A stretch of 64,000 nucleotides of DNA from an uncultured Planctomycetota bacterium. Its GTDB lineage: Bacteria; Planctomycetota; Planctomycetia; Isosphaerales; Isosphaeraceae. The stretch covers positions 32,001-96,000 of the forward strand of contig CAWJTV010000047.1 in NCBI GenBank assembly GCA_963845755.1. The letters run 5' to 3'. Shown piece after piece: positions 22,993 through 34,606 of the stretch; the first letter of the stretch is position 1, and each line of letters starts with the position of its first letter. The translations under genes and the position numbers were made by a program. A model generated the notes under the pieces. It saw nothing but the letters and a program-made list of their open reading frames with translations. It was not told the origin of the DNA and did no database searches.

Positions 22993-24114
22993 ATGACGAC
23001 CGCCACGTTGGTGGACACAGGACGAGCCCACGTTGCTCACCGACCCCGTTCTCGGAAACGGCGAGGTCTACGCTGGCTTTGGCTGCCGACGTTCGTCGTG
23101 GCGACCGGCGGGTTGTGGGTGGTCCTTCGGGCACCGGCACGGTCCTCGTCGCCGACTCAACCCGTCAGACTGCGTGCGGTACCGCTTGGCGTCAGCGCGT
23201 TGGGCCGCCTGGCCCCCGAGGGCGAGGTGATCGCGGTGGTGCCCGGTAGCGTAGCCGATGGCGCCCGTGTCGATCGGCTCCTGGTTGCGGTCGGGGATCG
23301 CGTGACGGCTGGTCAGGTGATGACGATCCTGGATCCTCACCGGCGTCGCGTGGCCGCAGTGCGCCAGGCACAAGCCCAGGTCGAGGTCGCCAGGGCCAAA
23401 CTTGCCCAGGCGCAAGCCGGTCCGAAACCCGACGATGTGCGGGTCCAGGAGGCGCTGATCGAGCGGAACCACGCCGAATTCCGGGCGGCCGAACGGGACC
23501 TCGGTCGTGCGTCGTTTCTCTTGAAGAAGTCGGCGAGCTCACGACAGGAGTTCGACGATCAGAGCCTGAAGTATGAACAGGCGCGGGAGTCGCTCACCCA
23601 GGCCCAGGCGCAACTCGGGGCGATCAAGGCCATCCGTCCGGTCGATGTCAAGGTCGCCGAGGCCGAGCTCGCCCAGGCCCAGGCCGGACTGGAGTTGGCC
23701 CAGGCGGACCTGGAAGCCTCGGAGCTCCGATCGCCCAGCTCCGGACGGGTCTTACGAATTCACACCCGGCCTGGTGAACGCGTGGGGGATACGGGCCTCC
23801 TGGAATTGGGCAACATCGACGTCATGCAAGCCGTTGCCGAGGTCTACGAACAGGATGTGCTCCGAGTGCACGTAGGGAATGTGGTCCAGGTCCGCGTCCC
23901 CAGCGTGGGCGCAGAGATGTCGGGACGAGTCGTCGGCAAGGACCTGGTCGTCGGACGCAAGGTCATCTTCAATAACGACCCGGTCGCCGACACCGATGCG
24001 CGAGTTGTGGAGGTTCGCATCCGCCTTTCCCCGCAGGATAGCCTCAAGGTCGCCGGGTTATCCAACGCCCGTGCCGATGTCGTGATCGATGTGAACGGGA
24101 GTGCCGAGCAATGA
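22993..24114 (+). CDS. DevB/HlyD-family ABC exporter membrane fusion protein
   Basis: VSALGRLAPEGEVI, coiled-coil hairpin, AVAEVYEQD, DPVADTDARVVEVRIRL. Confidence 0.9.
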   Translation: MTTATLVDTGRAHVAHRPRSRKRRGLRWLWLPTFVVATGGLWVVLRAPARSSSPTQPVRLRAVPLGVSALGRLAPEGEVIAVVPGSVADGARVDRLLVAVGDRVTAGQVMTILDPHRRRVAAVRQAQAQVEVARAKLAQAQAGPKPDDVRVQEALIERNHAEFRAAERDLGRASFLLKKSASSRQEFDDQSLKYEQARESLTQAQAQLGAIKAIRPVDVKVAEAELAQAQAGLELAQADLEASELRSPSSGRVLRIHTRPGERVGDTGLLELGNIDVMQAVAEVYEQDVLRVHVGNVVQVRVPSVGAEMSGRVVGKDLVVGRKVIFNNDPVADTDARVVEVRIRLSPQDSLKVAGLSNARADVVIDVNGSAEQ

Positions 24115-25270
24115 TTGCGTTTCAAAACCTGCCAGTCGCCTGGTTACAGCTCAGCCACGGTCGGACGAAGCTGCTGGCCGCCGTCGTGGGAATCGTCTTC
24201 GCCGACCTGTTGATGTGGATGCAGCTCGGCTTCCTCGACGCGGCACTGGCCAGCTCGACGTCCGTCTACGGAAAACTGCGCGGCGAACTGGTCGCGATCC
24301 ATCCGCGGTCGTACGAGATTAATGGCATGGAGCCATTTGCGCGCCGGCTGCTGGCGCGGCGCATGGGCATCCGGAGGTCCGCTCGCTCGCCCCCCTCTCC
24401 ACCGGTATGGCCCGCTGGAAGGATCCGTGGACCGGGGATAAGCGGCCCTTGTTCGTATACGGTATCGTGCCGTATGCGCCGGCGATCTCAGGCACAGGGG
24501 TGTCGGAGTCGTCGGGAAAACTCTACGCCGCCGATACGTGCCTCTTCGACCTCCGGGGCCGCCCGGAGTTCCGCAAGGCCGCAGCCGAGGCCGAGGCCGG
24601 CCAGAACCTGGTGGCTGAGGTGAACGGGCGGCGGATCTGGGTGGTCGGAACAACCACGATCGGCGCCAGCTTCGCCGTGGATGGCAACCTCGTTACCAGC
24701 GATGCCAACTTCCAACGCCTGTTCCCTGGCCGATCTTCCGGCTCGATCGACGTTGGTGTGATCGGGCTGACCTCGGGGGCCGACACCCAGCAGGTCAAGG
24801 CCGAGCTCCAGCAACTCTTCGGCAGGGATCTCCTCGTCCTGACGATCGAGGAGTTCGCCAATCGCGCCAAGGACTTCATCCTGCGCTCCCGGCCGATCAC
24901 GTTCATCTTCTCTTTGGGTGCGCTGGTCGGCTTCCTCGTCGGCTTCGCCATCGTCTACCAGGTACTGTTCACGGACGTGAGCAGCCATCTGCCTCATTAT
25001 GCCACGCTCAAGGCCATAGGCTACCCGGACCGGTCGCTGCAACGCATCGTCCTCAATGAGGCGTTGATCTTGTCGATGCTGGGCTATGTCCCAGGGGTGG
25101 CATTCGCCTGGGCCCTCTACGCCTTCACGGTGAAGGCGACCAATTTGCCGATGCGGATCTCGCTCGAACGCGGCGCCCTCATCTTTGGGCTCACCGTGGT
25201 GATGTGCAGCCTATCGGGATTGCTGGCAATGCGCAAGCTCCGCCAGGCCGATCCGGCGGACGTATTCTGA
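24111..25270 (+). CDS. DevC-family ABC exporter permease; frameshift(s) near 24360-24400
   Basis: PVAWLQLSH..LLAAVVGIVFADLLMWMQLGF; IVYQVLFTDVSSHLPHYATLKAIGY; RKLRQADPADVF. Confidence 0.9.
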
Positions 25271-25284
25271 AACAGGAGGTTGGG

Positions 25285-26034
25285 ATGGAACTCGCCTTTC
25301 AGAAATCGCGGACGACGCCGGTCCAATGGGGCCGATCTCGGGACAGCGAGCCGGTCGTGCGAATTCGCGGGTTCGATTTCTCCTACCACGATAGCGGCCT
25401 GCGGAACCAGGTGCTCTTCGACATCAACCTGGACCTCTGGCCGGGAGAGGTTGTGCTCCTGACCGGGCCGTCTGGATGCGGCAAGACCACCCTGCTGACC
25501 CTGATCGGCGGCCTGCGCACCGTCGAGACCGGGGAGCTTACCGTGCTGGAACACGCGCTGCACGACTGCGACCCCGACGAGCTGGTCGAGGTCCGGCGTC
25601 GGATCGGATTCGTCTTCCAGTTGCACAACCTCCTCGAGTTCCTGACGGCGCGACAGAACGTCCAGATGGCCTTGCAACTGCACCCCGAATGGACGCGCGG
25701 GGAGTGGGAGACACGTGCCGTGCGCATGTTGGAGGAGGTCGGGCTGGGCCCCTGGCGGGATGCCTTTCCGGCCCATCTCTCGGGCGGACAGAAACAGCGC
25801 GTCTCGATCGCCCGCGCCCTGGCAAGCGATCCCTGCCTGGTGCTGGCCGATGAGCCGACCTCGGCGCTGGACGGCCAGACCGGCCGCGAGGTCGTCGAGC
25901 TCCTCATGCGACTGGCCCGCGAACGGGGCTGTCCGATTCTGATGGTGACTCACGACAACCGGATCGCGGATGTGGCCGACCGGGTCATCGCGATGGAAGA
26001 CGGCCGGATCGTCGAACATGAAGGCCGATCGTAG
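25285..26034 (+). CDS. DevA-family ABC exporter ATP-binding protein
   Basis: GPSGCGKTTLLTLIGGLR, IGFVFQLHNL, LSGGQKQRVSIARAL, LADEPTSALD, MVTHDNRI. Confidence 0.93.
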   Translation: MELAFQKSRTTPVQWGRSRDSEPVVRIRGFDFSYHDSGLRNQVLFDINLDLWPGEVVLLTGPSGCGKTTLLTLIGGLRTVETGELTVLEHALHDCDPDELVEVRRRIGFVFQLHNLLEFLTARQNVQMALQLHPEWTRGEWETRAVRMLEEVGLGPWRDAFPAHLSGGQKQRVSIARALASDPCLVLADEPTSALDGQTGREVVELLMRLARERGCPILMVTHDNRIADVADRVIAMEDGRIVEHEGRS

Positions 26035-26099
26035 CGGCCCGGGTCGTCAGATCCTCCCGATGCCATGAGCGGCAAAACAAGGCCGTGATCCGGGTCGCG

Positions 26100-27718
26100 T
26101 CAATTCTCCTCCAGGGCGGCATCCGGGTCGAGATGGGGCTCGAGACCGTTGAGGAGGGCCTTGAGCCGTTCGGCCGCACGGCGCGGGCTTGTAGCCTGGA
26201 CCACGGCACTGCTGACGGCGATCCGCCGGGCGCCGGCCTCGACGACACGGCCGACGTTTTCCTCGCGGATCCCGCCGATGGCGAACCAGGGCAGGGACGT
26301 CGATTCGGCGGCGTGCTGAACGTACGACAGCCCGGCGAGCTCGGGCTCGGAGAACTCCTTGGTGGGGCTGGGGAAGACCGGACCGACGCCCAGGTAGCTG
26401 GCGCCGCCCAGTACGGCGGCGTCGAGCTGCTCGCGGTCGTGGGTCGAGACGCCGACGTGTGCCGCCGCGCCCAGGACCCGGCGCACGTCGCGGACCGAGA
26501 CATCATCCTGGCCGACGTGGACGCCGTCGCAGCCGGCCAGCCGGGCGAGGTCCGCGCGGTCGTTCATGATCAGCGGGATGCGCGCCTCGGCCGTGACGAT
26601 CCGGACTTCCCGCGCGGCGCAGCCGTTCGCGGTCCGGCACGCCCTTCTCGCGGTACTGGATCACATCGGCACCGCCGGCAATCGCTTCTTCCACGACCCA
26701 CCTCACGTCGCCGAGCGTTGGCAGGCCGCCGACGAGGACCATTAACTGGGCATCGCCCAGCACCCGCTGCGCGGCGACTGCGGTCATCGTCAGCTTCTCG
26801 ACGGTGTAAACGTCGTAGCGCAGGACTTCGAACCGCCCGGCCAGCCAGACGTCCACCAGCTTGCTATATTCTTCGAGCGATCGCAGGGCCTCGGCGATCC
26901 GCTTGAAGTTCGCGGCCAGAACGGCGCGAGGGTTCTCGCGGATCCTTTCGGATCGCGTCATGATGTGCGTGCCGACGTCTTCCCGGGTGTCTGCGCGCGT
27001 CGATCAGGAGGCAGGTATCCAGCCCGCGCTCGGCCTCGGCCAGCCGATGGCGGATCTCCTTGAGGCGCCGCGTCAGGCCCGGATCGTCGAGTGCGAAACG
27101 GACGTAATCCTCGACGACGCGCAGGCCTTCGCGTGCCCGATTGGCCGAGGCGTCGAGAATCCGGGCCAGGTCGACACCGCCGGGTTCGGCCAGATCCAGC
27201 GGGGGAATCTCCTCGGCCATCGGAATTGGCGACGATTCGATCACGACGACATCAGCCAGGCGATCGAGCAACGCCTCGGAATCCAGGCCGGTGACTCGGA
27301 GCAGCTCGGCGGCCTCGTCGCAGGCCGAGATCAGCCCGGCCAGGAGATGCTCGGTACCGACCTCGCGCCGGCGATCGAGTCCGCGCGCCTGGGCCATGGC
27401 CTCGCCCAGGACCAATCGCAAGTCCGACGATTGCGCGAGCCGCGCCGGCCGCTCCGGATCGCTCGGCCAGCCGGATTCCACCGGCTCGATTTCCGAGAGC
27501 ATCTCGCTCAACTCCAGCCCCAGGGCCGCCCAGAGCCGGCTCGTCTCCAGACCGAACTCGGCCATGAGCTCCGCGGCCCGGCTCTCGGTCTCGAGGGTCA
27601 GAGCAGCCAGTAAGTCCAGCGGTTCGACCAGTTTCGAACCGCGACGACACGCGACTCGCTCGGCTCTCGTCAAGGCGCGCTCTGCACCGGCAGTGTACGA
27701 TTCCAACATCAGGACCAT
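26100..27718 (-). CDS. thiE: Thiamine-phosphate synthase with N-terminal Clp-N repeat domain and cyanobacterial-type helical extension; frameshifts near 26990 and 26610
   Basis: YTAGAERAL..A..LVEPLDLLAAL and VGTEHLLAGL (Clp-N); RILDASANRAREGLRVVEDYVRF..ANFKRIAEALRSLEEY; IQYREK; NDRADLA..DGVHVGQDD; GVSTH; GPVFPSPTK; FAIGGI. Confidence 0.9.
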
Positions 27719-27972
27719 GACTCCTTCGTAACACGCCAGATCCGGCGGATCCTCGGATTGGCCGTCTCGATCGCGGCACGACCCAACGGCTCCCGACTTC
27801 CGCCATCTTGAAATTCTCGAGCCACCGTACCATCATTTAAGTAGATTCGCTCAGCAACTTTCGTCTGGAGTCCTCGCACGCGATCAGCCTCCATTCAACC
27901 CGAGTGCATCGCGGCGACTCGATAGACTGTATCTTCCCGCCCTCACTGCCTCACGCACAAGGAACCCCCACC

Positions 27973-28568
27973 GTGTTCGATCGGTCGCTCCTCTTGACCT
28001 CGTTCGGCGCCCTGACGGCGCTCCTGATCCTCGCTCCGCTGTCTGTGTTCTCCGCCGACGACCCCGCCAAGAAGCCGGCCTCCGTCCTGGATTTTCACGT
28101 CAAGGATATCGACGGTAAGGACGTGGACCTGGCCAATTACCGGGGCAAAGTCCTCCTGATCGTCAACACCGCCAGCCAGTGCGGCTTCACTCCCCAGTAT
28201 AAGGACCTGGAGGCGATCTACGAGAAGTATAAGGAACAGGGCTTCGAAGTCCTCGCCTTCCCGGCCAACGAGTTCGGCTCCCAGGAACCTGGCGACAATC
28301 CACAGATCAAGGAGTTTTGTTCCACGAAGTACAAGGTCAGCTTTCCCCTGTTCTCGAAGATCGTCGTTGATGGCCGCGAGACCCACCCCCTCTACCAGTT
28401 CCTCACGAACAAGGAAAGTGACCCCAAATTCGCCGGCAAGATCCGCTGGAATTTCACCAAGTTTCTCGTGAACCGGAAGGGAGAAATCGTCGATCGCTTC
28501 AAACCGGACGATAATCCTTCGACCAAGAAGATCACCGGGGCGGTCGAAAGGCGCTGGCGGAAAAGTAA
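27973..28568 (+). CDS. Glutathione peroxidase family protein (Cys type) with signal peptide; probable frameshift in last codons
   Basis: GKVLLIVNTASQCGFTPQY, LAFPANEFGSQEPG, IRWNFTKFLV; adding one A near 28550 gives AVEKALAEK*. Confidence 0.93.
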
Positions 28569-28597
28569 GCGCAACCATCTTGCATGAGTGCCTTCAC

Positions 28598-28661
28598 ACG
28601 GGGCGAGGCCGACTCGCGGTCTGGTCATACAAAGACCGGCTGAGATCGGCCTTGGCCCCGT
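28598..28661 (+). terminator. Long imperfect hairpin downstream of the peroxidase gene
   Basis: acggggcgaggccga..cggtct / agaccg..tcggccttggccccgt followed by ttatatt. Confidence 0.5.
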
Positions 28662-29054
28662 TTATATTGGAGGAACGAAACGACGGAACTCCGGAACTCG
28701 AAACCGGTATTTCCCATCCGAGCCGTTATGCCGCATGATGACTTCGAGGGGCTCACGCGATCCGATCTTGGAGATATGCCTTGGCGGCAGTCTGGCTGGT
28801 GCTGGCGCTTTCGGGCCGGTGGCGGCCGGAAAAATCGTGGATCGACCGGCTTGGCCGAGTCCTCGGGGTGATTTGGATCCTGATCACGGTCCTGGCAGCA
28901 TTGCCTGTGTGAACGACCACAGGGTCGCTGAGTTGGACACGTTCGGCGTTCGACTCTCAGCATGAGAGCGGCCCGGGATCGGCTCTCGATCCGAGTTGTT
29001 CCCATGGCATCAATCCGAGACGGATGCCTGTGCTGAAACCTTCGGCGCTCACGC

Positions 29055-31100
29055 TCATTCCTGCCGCTCGGTGACCATCGCGACTGGTGCCGAGGACGGG
29101 TGAGTGACGACGGGCGGACGGACGGCCGAGTGGGGCGGCCGGGCTGGCAGGCGGATGAGGAACCGCGAGCCCAAACCCGGCTGGGACTCAACCTCGATGG
29201 TGCCGCCATGCGATGCGATGATTCCGTAGCTGATCGCCAGCCCGAGTCCTGTCCCCTGTCCGATCGGCTTGGTGGTGAAGAACGGCTCGAAGATCCGGCT
29301 ACGGACCGTCGGATCGATGCCGTGCCCGTCGTCCGCGACCGACAGGTCAACCCCGCCGCAGGTCCCGGCGCGTGTACTCACCCGCACCGTCCCACCAGGG
29401 TTGCAGGCGTCCACGCCATTGGAAACCAGGTTGAGCACGACCTGGTTGATCTTAGCGGGATAACAGCAGATCGCCGGCAGGGGCGCCAGATCCTCGATCA
29501 GGGTGACGCCCCGCGCGGCGGCGTGACTCTGGAGGATCCAGAGCGTCGGCCCGACGCTTTGATTGATGTCGGCTTCCTTCAGCTCGGCCTCGTCGAGCCG
29601 GGCGAAATCCCGGAGGTCCTTGACGATCTGCTGGATCCGCCTGAGACCCTCGCGCGATCGTGTCATCAGCGCGGGGACATGCTCCAGCACATAAGTCAGG
29701 TCCATCTGGTCGGCGAGCTCGCGAATGCGGGTCGATAACCCGTGCTGGTGCTGCTCCAGGGTCCCTTCGGCTTCCTGATAGAGACGGATCAGGTTGTGGA
29801 GCTGGCCGACATCGCGCTGCAATACCGCGACGTTGTTGGTGACGAAGGCCAGAGGATTGTTGATCTCGTGGGCCACTCCGGCGACGACCTGGCCCAGGGA
29901 CGAGAGACGCTCGGATTGCACGAGCTGAGCCTCGGCGCGCTTGAGGTCCTCGTGTGCGGCCTGGAGCTCCTCGTGCGCGATCCGCACGGATGCCGCCGTC
30001 CGCGCGAGCTCTTCGGCCGATGCCTGCAACTGACCATGACGTTCTTCCAGCAGCGTCTTGGCCTGGATGAGCTCGCGGGTCCGATCGAGGACGCGACTCT
30101 CGAGCCGCTCGTTGGCGCGGCGCAGCTCCTCTTCGGCTCGTTCGAGCTGGCCGCCGATCCGCCCGGCGAACATGGCGCACAGGAAGGCCGCGATCACCAC
30201 CGCGATCGCCACGGAGCCGAAAGACGCGATCGCCATCCACGAGCGCGGCGCGAGCCAGGCCATCGACAGCGTCAGCCAGTCAGAGACCAGAACGAGTGCC
30301 ACGGTGAACGGGAGGAAGGCGCGAAGCAGCCTGGCACGGATCGAAGAGCCCACCATTTCCCTCAGCGGCGTGGCGGCCGGCCCCGCGGCCCCGACCACGC
30401 CGATGCCCAGCAGCAAAAAACCGACTGCCGTGTTCAAGGCCATCGGAATCAGCGGACCTCCGTAGAGCAGCGGAGCCGCATAGGCGTAGCCCATGACGAA
30501 GATCGTCCCCGAGGTCGCGACCACCAACCCACCGACCCCCGCACGATCTCTCGCGACGGCCCCTCCGGAGCAGGCCAACATCAGGACGGACATGCTCGCG
30601 ACTTCGAACGTCAATGCCGTGAAGAGTGCCATCTTGCCGACCGGGGCCAGGCCGAGTCGTTCGACCGGCGTCCTGAAGAACCAGGTGTTGACTTCGATCG
30701 CGAATGGTAAGACATATTCGGCCAGTCGCAAGCCCGCCAGCATCGCGACGATCATCACAAGTGCGGCGGCGTATCGCGAGCGGATCCGGCCGTTCGAAGG
30801 ACCGGGGAGCGCCACCAGAGCGAAGCCCATCAGCATGAAGGCGATTGCCGTGTTCGGGGCCATCGGAATGAACTGGGGATGGATTCCCGCCAGGGCGCGT
30901 TGCTGGGTGAGCCAGCCGACAAGTGCCAGCAGTCCGATGACGGCGACCGCCAGCCCCGATCCTGTCTTTAGCCTTGTCCAGACGAGTTGGGACACTTCGG
31001 GATCCCCCATCATGACCTGCTTGGCCGCCAGGCATCGGCCGAGGACCTTGAGATCATACGATGAGTGTGATCTGAGCCCGATGGGCTTCGCAAGATTCAA
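29055..31100 (-). CDS. Multi-pass membrane sensor histidine kinase
   Basis: PMAPNTA membrane domain; [22 protein letters not shown] (H box); [36 protein letters not shown]. Confidence 0.93.
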   Translation of the reverse strand: MNLAKPIGLRSHSSYDLKVLGRCLAAKQVMMGDPEVSQLVWTRLKTGSGLAVAVIGLLALVGWLTQQRALAGIHPQFIPMAPNTAIAFMLMGFALVALPGPSNGRIRSRYAAALVMIVAMLAGLRLAEYVLPFAIEVNTWFFRTPVERLGLAPVGKMALFTALTFEVASMSVLMLACSGGAVARDRAGVGGLVVATSGTIFVMGYAYAAPLLYGGPLIPMALNTAVGFLLLGIGVVGAAGPAATPLREMVGSSIRARLLRAFLPFTVALVLVSDWLTLSMAWLAPRSWMAIASFGSVAIAVVIAAFLCAMFAGRIGGQLERAEEELRRANERLESRVLDRTRELIQAKTLLEERHGQLQASAEELARTAASVRIAHEELQAAHEDLKRAEAQLVQSERLSSLGQVVAGVAHEINNPLAFVTNNVAVLQRDVGQLHNLIRLYQEAEGTLEQHQHGLSTRIRELADQMDLTYVLEHVPALMTRSREGLRRIQQIVKDLRDFARLDEAELKEADINQSVGPTLWILQSHAAARGVTLIEDLAPLPAICCYPAKINQVVLNLVSNGVDACNPGGTVRVSTRAGTCGGVDLSVADDGHGIDPTVRSRIFEPFFTTKPIGQGTGLGLAISYGIIASHGGTIEVESQPGLGSRFLIRLPARPPHSAVRPPVVTHPSSAPVAMVTERQE

Positions 31101-31110
31101 CGGAGTCGTA

Positions 31111-33379
31111 CTAACGGTCCTCCGGATTGCTGACCGTAGCGGGCGGCTCGCGGCCTGGCGGGCGGATGCCGGGGGTCACGTCGCCTTCCGTGGGGATCGT
31201 GGGATCGTCGTAGAGCCGCAGGTATCGGTAATAAACTTCCAGCGTTAGCGCGGCGAGCGTCGTGCAGTAGATCCGGCCGCCCTTGGAGCCGTAAAGGCTC
31301 TCATCGGGGTCCCAGCTCCCGGTCTGGTGGCCCGAGGTGGCGCTGGAGGTTGACGATCCGGTCGCGGATGCGGTTGTTCCACCGGGTCCAGGGTTCGCCG
31401 CCATGCTGATAGAGCGCCAGCGTCGCATAATACCAGTAATAGATGTTCGTCGGCCCGCGGTCCGAATCGTTGCGAAGCAGGAACTCGGCGGCCTCGGCAC
31501 TGGCCGGTCCGGGCCCACCGACGCCCAGGAACTGGCGGCAGACCCAGGCCTCGGCGGTCATCGTGGGCGTGACCGGCTCGCCGGGCTGATAGCGCGCCAG
31601 GCCGCTGGACTGTCCCGAGGCCACCTTCTCCAGCCAGAGCAGCGTGCCGCGGCGGACCGACGCCTCGTTGGGGATCGGGATCCCGACCTCCTTGGCCGAC
31701 TTCAATCCCATGACGACCCAGCCGAGGATGCTCGTGTCGCCGACCGGGTGCGCCGGAGCATAGCGCCACGCGAGGCCATCCTTGGCCCGGGCGCGGACCA
31801 CGAACGCGACGGCCCGCGTGGCGGCCTCGCGAAGCCGCGAGTCGCCCGTCAAGGCGTAGCCTTCGCAGAGGGCCAGGGTCGCCATCGCGTGGCAGTACAT
31901 CCCGACAACCCGGCTTCGTCCGCGCAGATCGCCGTCGGGCTTCTGCTCGGACATGAGGAAGTCGAGCCCCTTTCCCACGGTCTCCGAGTATCGTCCCTGC
32001 GTGTGCGTGTAACCGGCCCCCAGGTAGGTCAGCAAGGCCAGGCCGGTCACCGCCGTGTCCGCCTCCCAGTAAGCACACTCCCCGAAACACGTCTCGCCGG
32101 GCGGGCAGTGGCTTGTGAAATCATGTTCTCCTTTGGCGGGCGTTCCATCATCGTAGCGGCCGACTCCGGCGTCCCAGCGTCCATCATCGTCCTGGTGGCG
32201 GGCCAGCCAGTCGAGGGCACGCTCCACGGCGAGCTCGCTCGCCTTGCTGCCGCCCAGGCGCTGGGCCTGGCCGGGACGGTCGGGGTCCAGCCGGGGCTGA
32301 TAAACGCGCGGGATCTCGGCGAGGGTCCTGGCGGGTGGACGTTCCTCGAGCGCCGCCAGGCCGGAGTCGCCGCCGGAGGTGGCGCGCGGCTTCGGTATCA
32401 CGCGATCGAGGGCGAGCAGTCCGGTGGTAGCGGCCTCCGGTCGAGCCGGCGGGACGGGCTCGGCTGAGGCGTCAGCACCCGCGGGAGACGCAGTTCCCGG
32501 GCCCGTGGTGCCGGATCCACTCGACCCAGCACTCGCGCCCAAGGGGCCAAGTCCGACAAGGCCCGCGTCTTCGTTCTCTCCTCGCGCACTCGCCTTGATC
32601 GGGTCGCCGGTGAGTTTGGGGCGGAGTCGAGCGTCGGTGCGGAGCGTTCGGTCTCGTGTCCCCAGGGCTGCCTCGATCGCGCCACGACCGGCACCTCGAG
32701 CCCCACCGGACTCGGCCGGGGATGGTGGCGGCTCCGACGACGCCCGATCCACTTCGGCCAGATTGGGGGGCAGGGGGGGCGCGGGCTTCGGAACCAAGGG
32801 ATCGGGTGTTGTAGTGGGTTCGGCACGAGGGCCGACGACCGGCGGATCTGGCAGGGGCCGCGACGGACGAGGCGTCGCCGTCACCACCGGGATCGGTGGC
32901 GGTAGGACTGGCTCCGGGTCGGGGCTGGATCGTTCCGCGATCGTGGGTCGAGGGGCCGGAATCGTCACGTCCGCCAGCCGGAGCGGCCCCGACGGCAACT
33001 CCAGCCGAGGCGCCGGCGGTGCGGAACTGTCGCTCCCGCTCGAAGGAGCCCGATCGCGCGTCAGCGACGGTCCAACTTCCGGCGGCTTCGACGGTTCGAC
33101 CAGCGGTGCGACCCGGATCCGACGAATATGCGACCGATCTGCCGACTCGTCGGACTCTCCGCGAATCGCCAACTGGACGGCCGGGACCGTGCTGCCGAAC
33201 AGCACGATTCCCAGATGGGCCGCCAGTGACAGCACCAGGCACTTCCGTAACGCCCTTCGCGAGCCCCAGCAGACCCAGACCAGCACCGCGAGCCCCACGC
33301 TCGCCAGCCCCAGCATCAGCCAGGCGCTCAGGTCGGCCCGCAGCAAGAGGAGGAATGTCTCGAGGTCCAGTCCGGTCAT
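31111..33379 (-). CDS. Membrane-anchored prenyltransferase/squalene-oxidase repeat protein with Pro-rich linker; frameshift near 31330
   Basis: SLAAHL N-terminal anchor; AVERALDWLARHQDDDGRW, TGLALLTYLGAG, MYCHAMATLALCE, WRY..GDTSILGW, YYWYYATLALYQ, GSWDP..GGRIYCTTLAALTLEVYYRY. Confidence 0.9.
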
Positions 33380-33551
33380 GTCCTAGTCCTTGACTGCCTG
33401 GTCCTCGAATCCTTGGCTCGTGCCGTCAAGCCGTAGCCACGGGACCCAGGACTCGGGATCAAAGAGCGCATGATACCGGAAGATGCGAACGGATCGCAGG
33501 GGTTTTTCCCGACAGGTCGGGGATTCGGCCGTTTGCCTGTGAACGCCGTCG

Positions 33552-34542
33552 TCAGGATCCGATCTTGCCGGTTTCCGGTCGTTGAGCCGGCTGCGTTCCC
33601 GGATCGTCCAGCGGTTTCAACTGATGGGGCGTCCGGGCCAGAGGGATCGGCTTTGCGGCGGGAGGCGCACTCAGGGCGATGGCCTCGATGGTTTCGGCCC
33701 CGAGCCGGTCCAGGGCCCCGGCCAGCGTCTCGACGTGTGTGAGCACGCCATCATAGGCGACGAGTGCCAGTGTTGCGATAAGGATGCCGGTTGACAGCGG
33801 CGTGATCGCGGCCGCCAGTGCCGGCCCCCAGGCGATCGCCGGCGAGGTCCTCGCGGCGATTCCGGACGACGGGGGAATGGCCTCGAGTGGCGCGCCCCAG
33901 GGCGAAGAGCGTGCCCAGTACGCCCAGCAAGGCCGCCAGGGCCGCGACGCGACGGAGCGTCCCCACGTTCCTTCGGAGCCGCTCCGTCTCGACCCGGTGG
34001 GCCAGGGTCACCGCGCGTTCCAGGTCCGTCGCCGGTCGTCCCCAGCGGCGGACTGCCGCCAGCGCCACCCGCGCCGCCGGACTGGGATTCCGTTCGCAGA
34101 AATCCAGCGCCTGACCACAATCCAGCTTCCCTTCGTGGAGCCGGTCCACGAACCGCGCGGTGAAGTCCGACGGCATCACGCGACGCGAACGGAGCCGGAC
34201 CATCCGCTCCATCAGCACGACGATCCCCATACCGGCGCATGCAACCAGACCCCCCCAGATTACCCGATCCGAGGGAGGCGTACGATCGTACCAGGCGATC
34301 AACCATGCTCCCGCACGCCTCATCCGCGTCAGCATCAGACCAACGCGGCGATCGCGGATCTGGATCGTTGAGATTTCGCTGACACCCACCTGGGCGGAGG
34401 AGATGCTGCGCGGCCGTTGATCGTCCTGTTCGGTTGAACCGGGATGATCCGCAAATCCTGTGCAGGCTGTCAGAAGCCAACAAATGGCTCCCCAGGCGCC
34501 CAGCACGACGATCGAGGCGCCTTTCCGGTTCCGGCGGCTCAT
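33552..34542 (-). CDS. MotA/TolQ/ExbB proton-channel family protein; frameshifts near 33900 and 33750
   Basis: MERMVRL, ETERLRRNVGTL..AALLGVLGT; downstream frames give ALAAAITPLSTGILIATLALVAY. Confidence 0.82.
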
Positions 34543-34606
34543 AGGACGGGTCCCTCCTGGCGAACGAAGTTCGGCGCGGGTCTCCAGACCCCGCCCACTG
34601 CGGGAA

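Noticed and set aside
27720..27900. TPP riboswitch upstream of thiE
   Set aside because: No CTGAGA / ACCTG..GNAGG core recognisable on the minus strand.
27973..28568. Selenocysteine glutathione peroxidase, given selA in the window
   Set aside because: The active-site codon is TGC (Cys). No in-frame TGA selenoprotein or tRNA-Sec was recognised.
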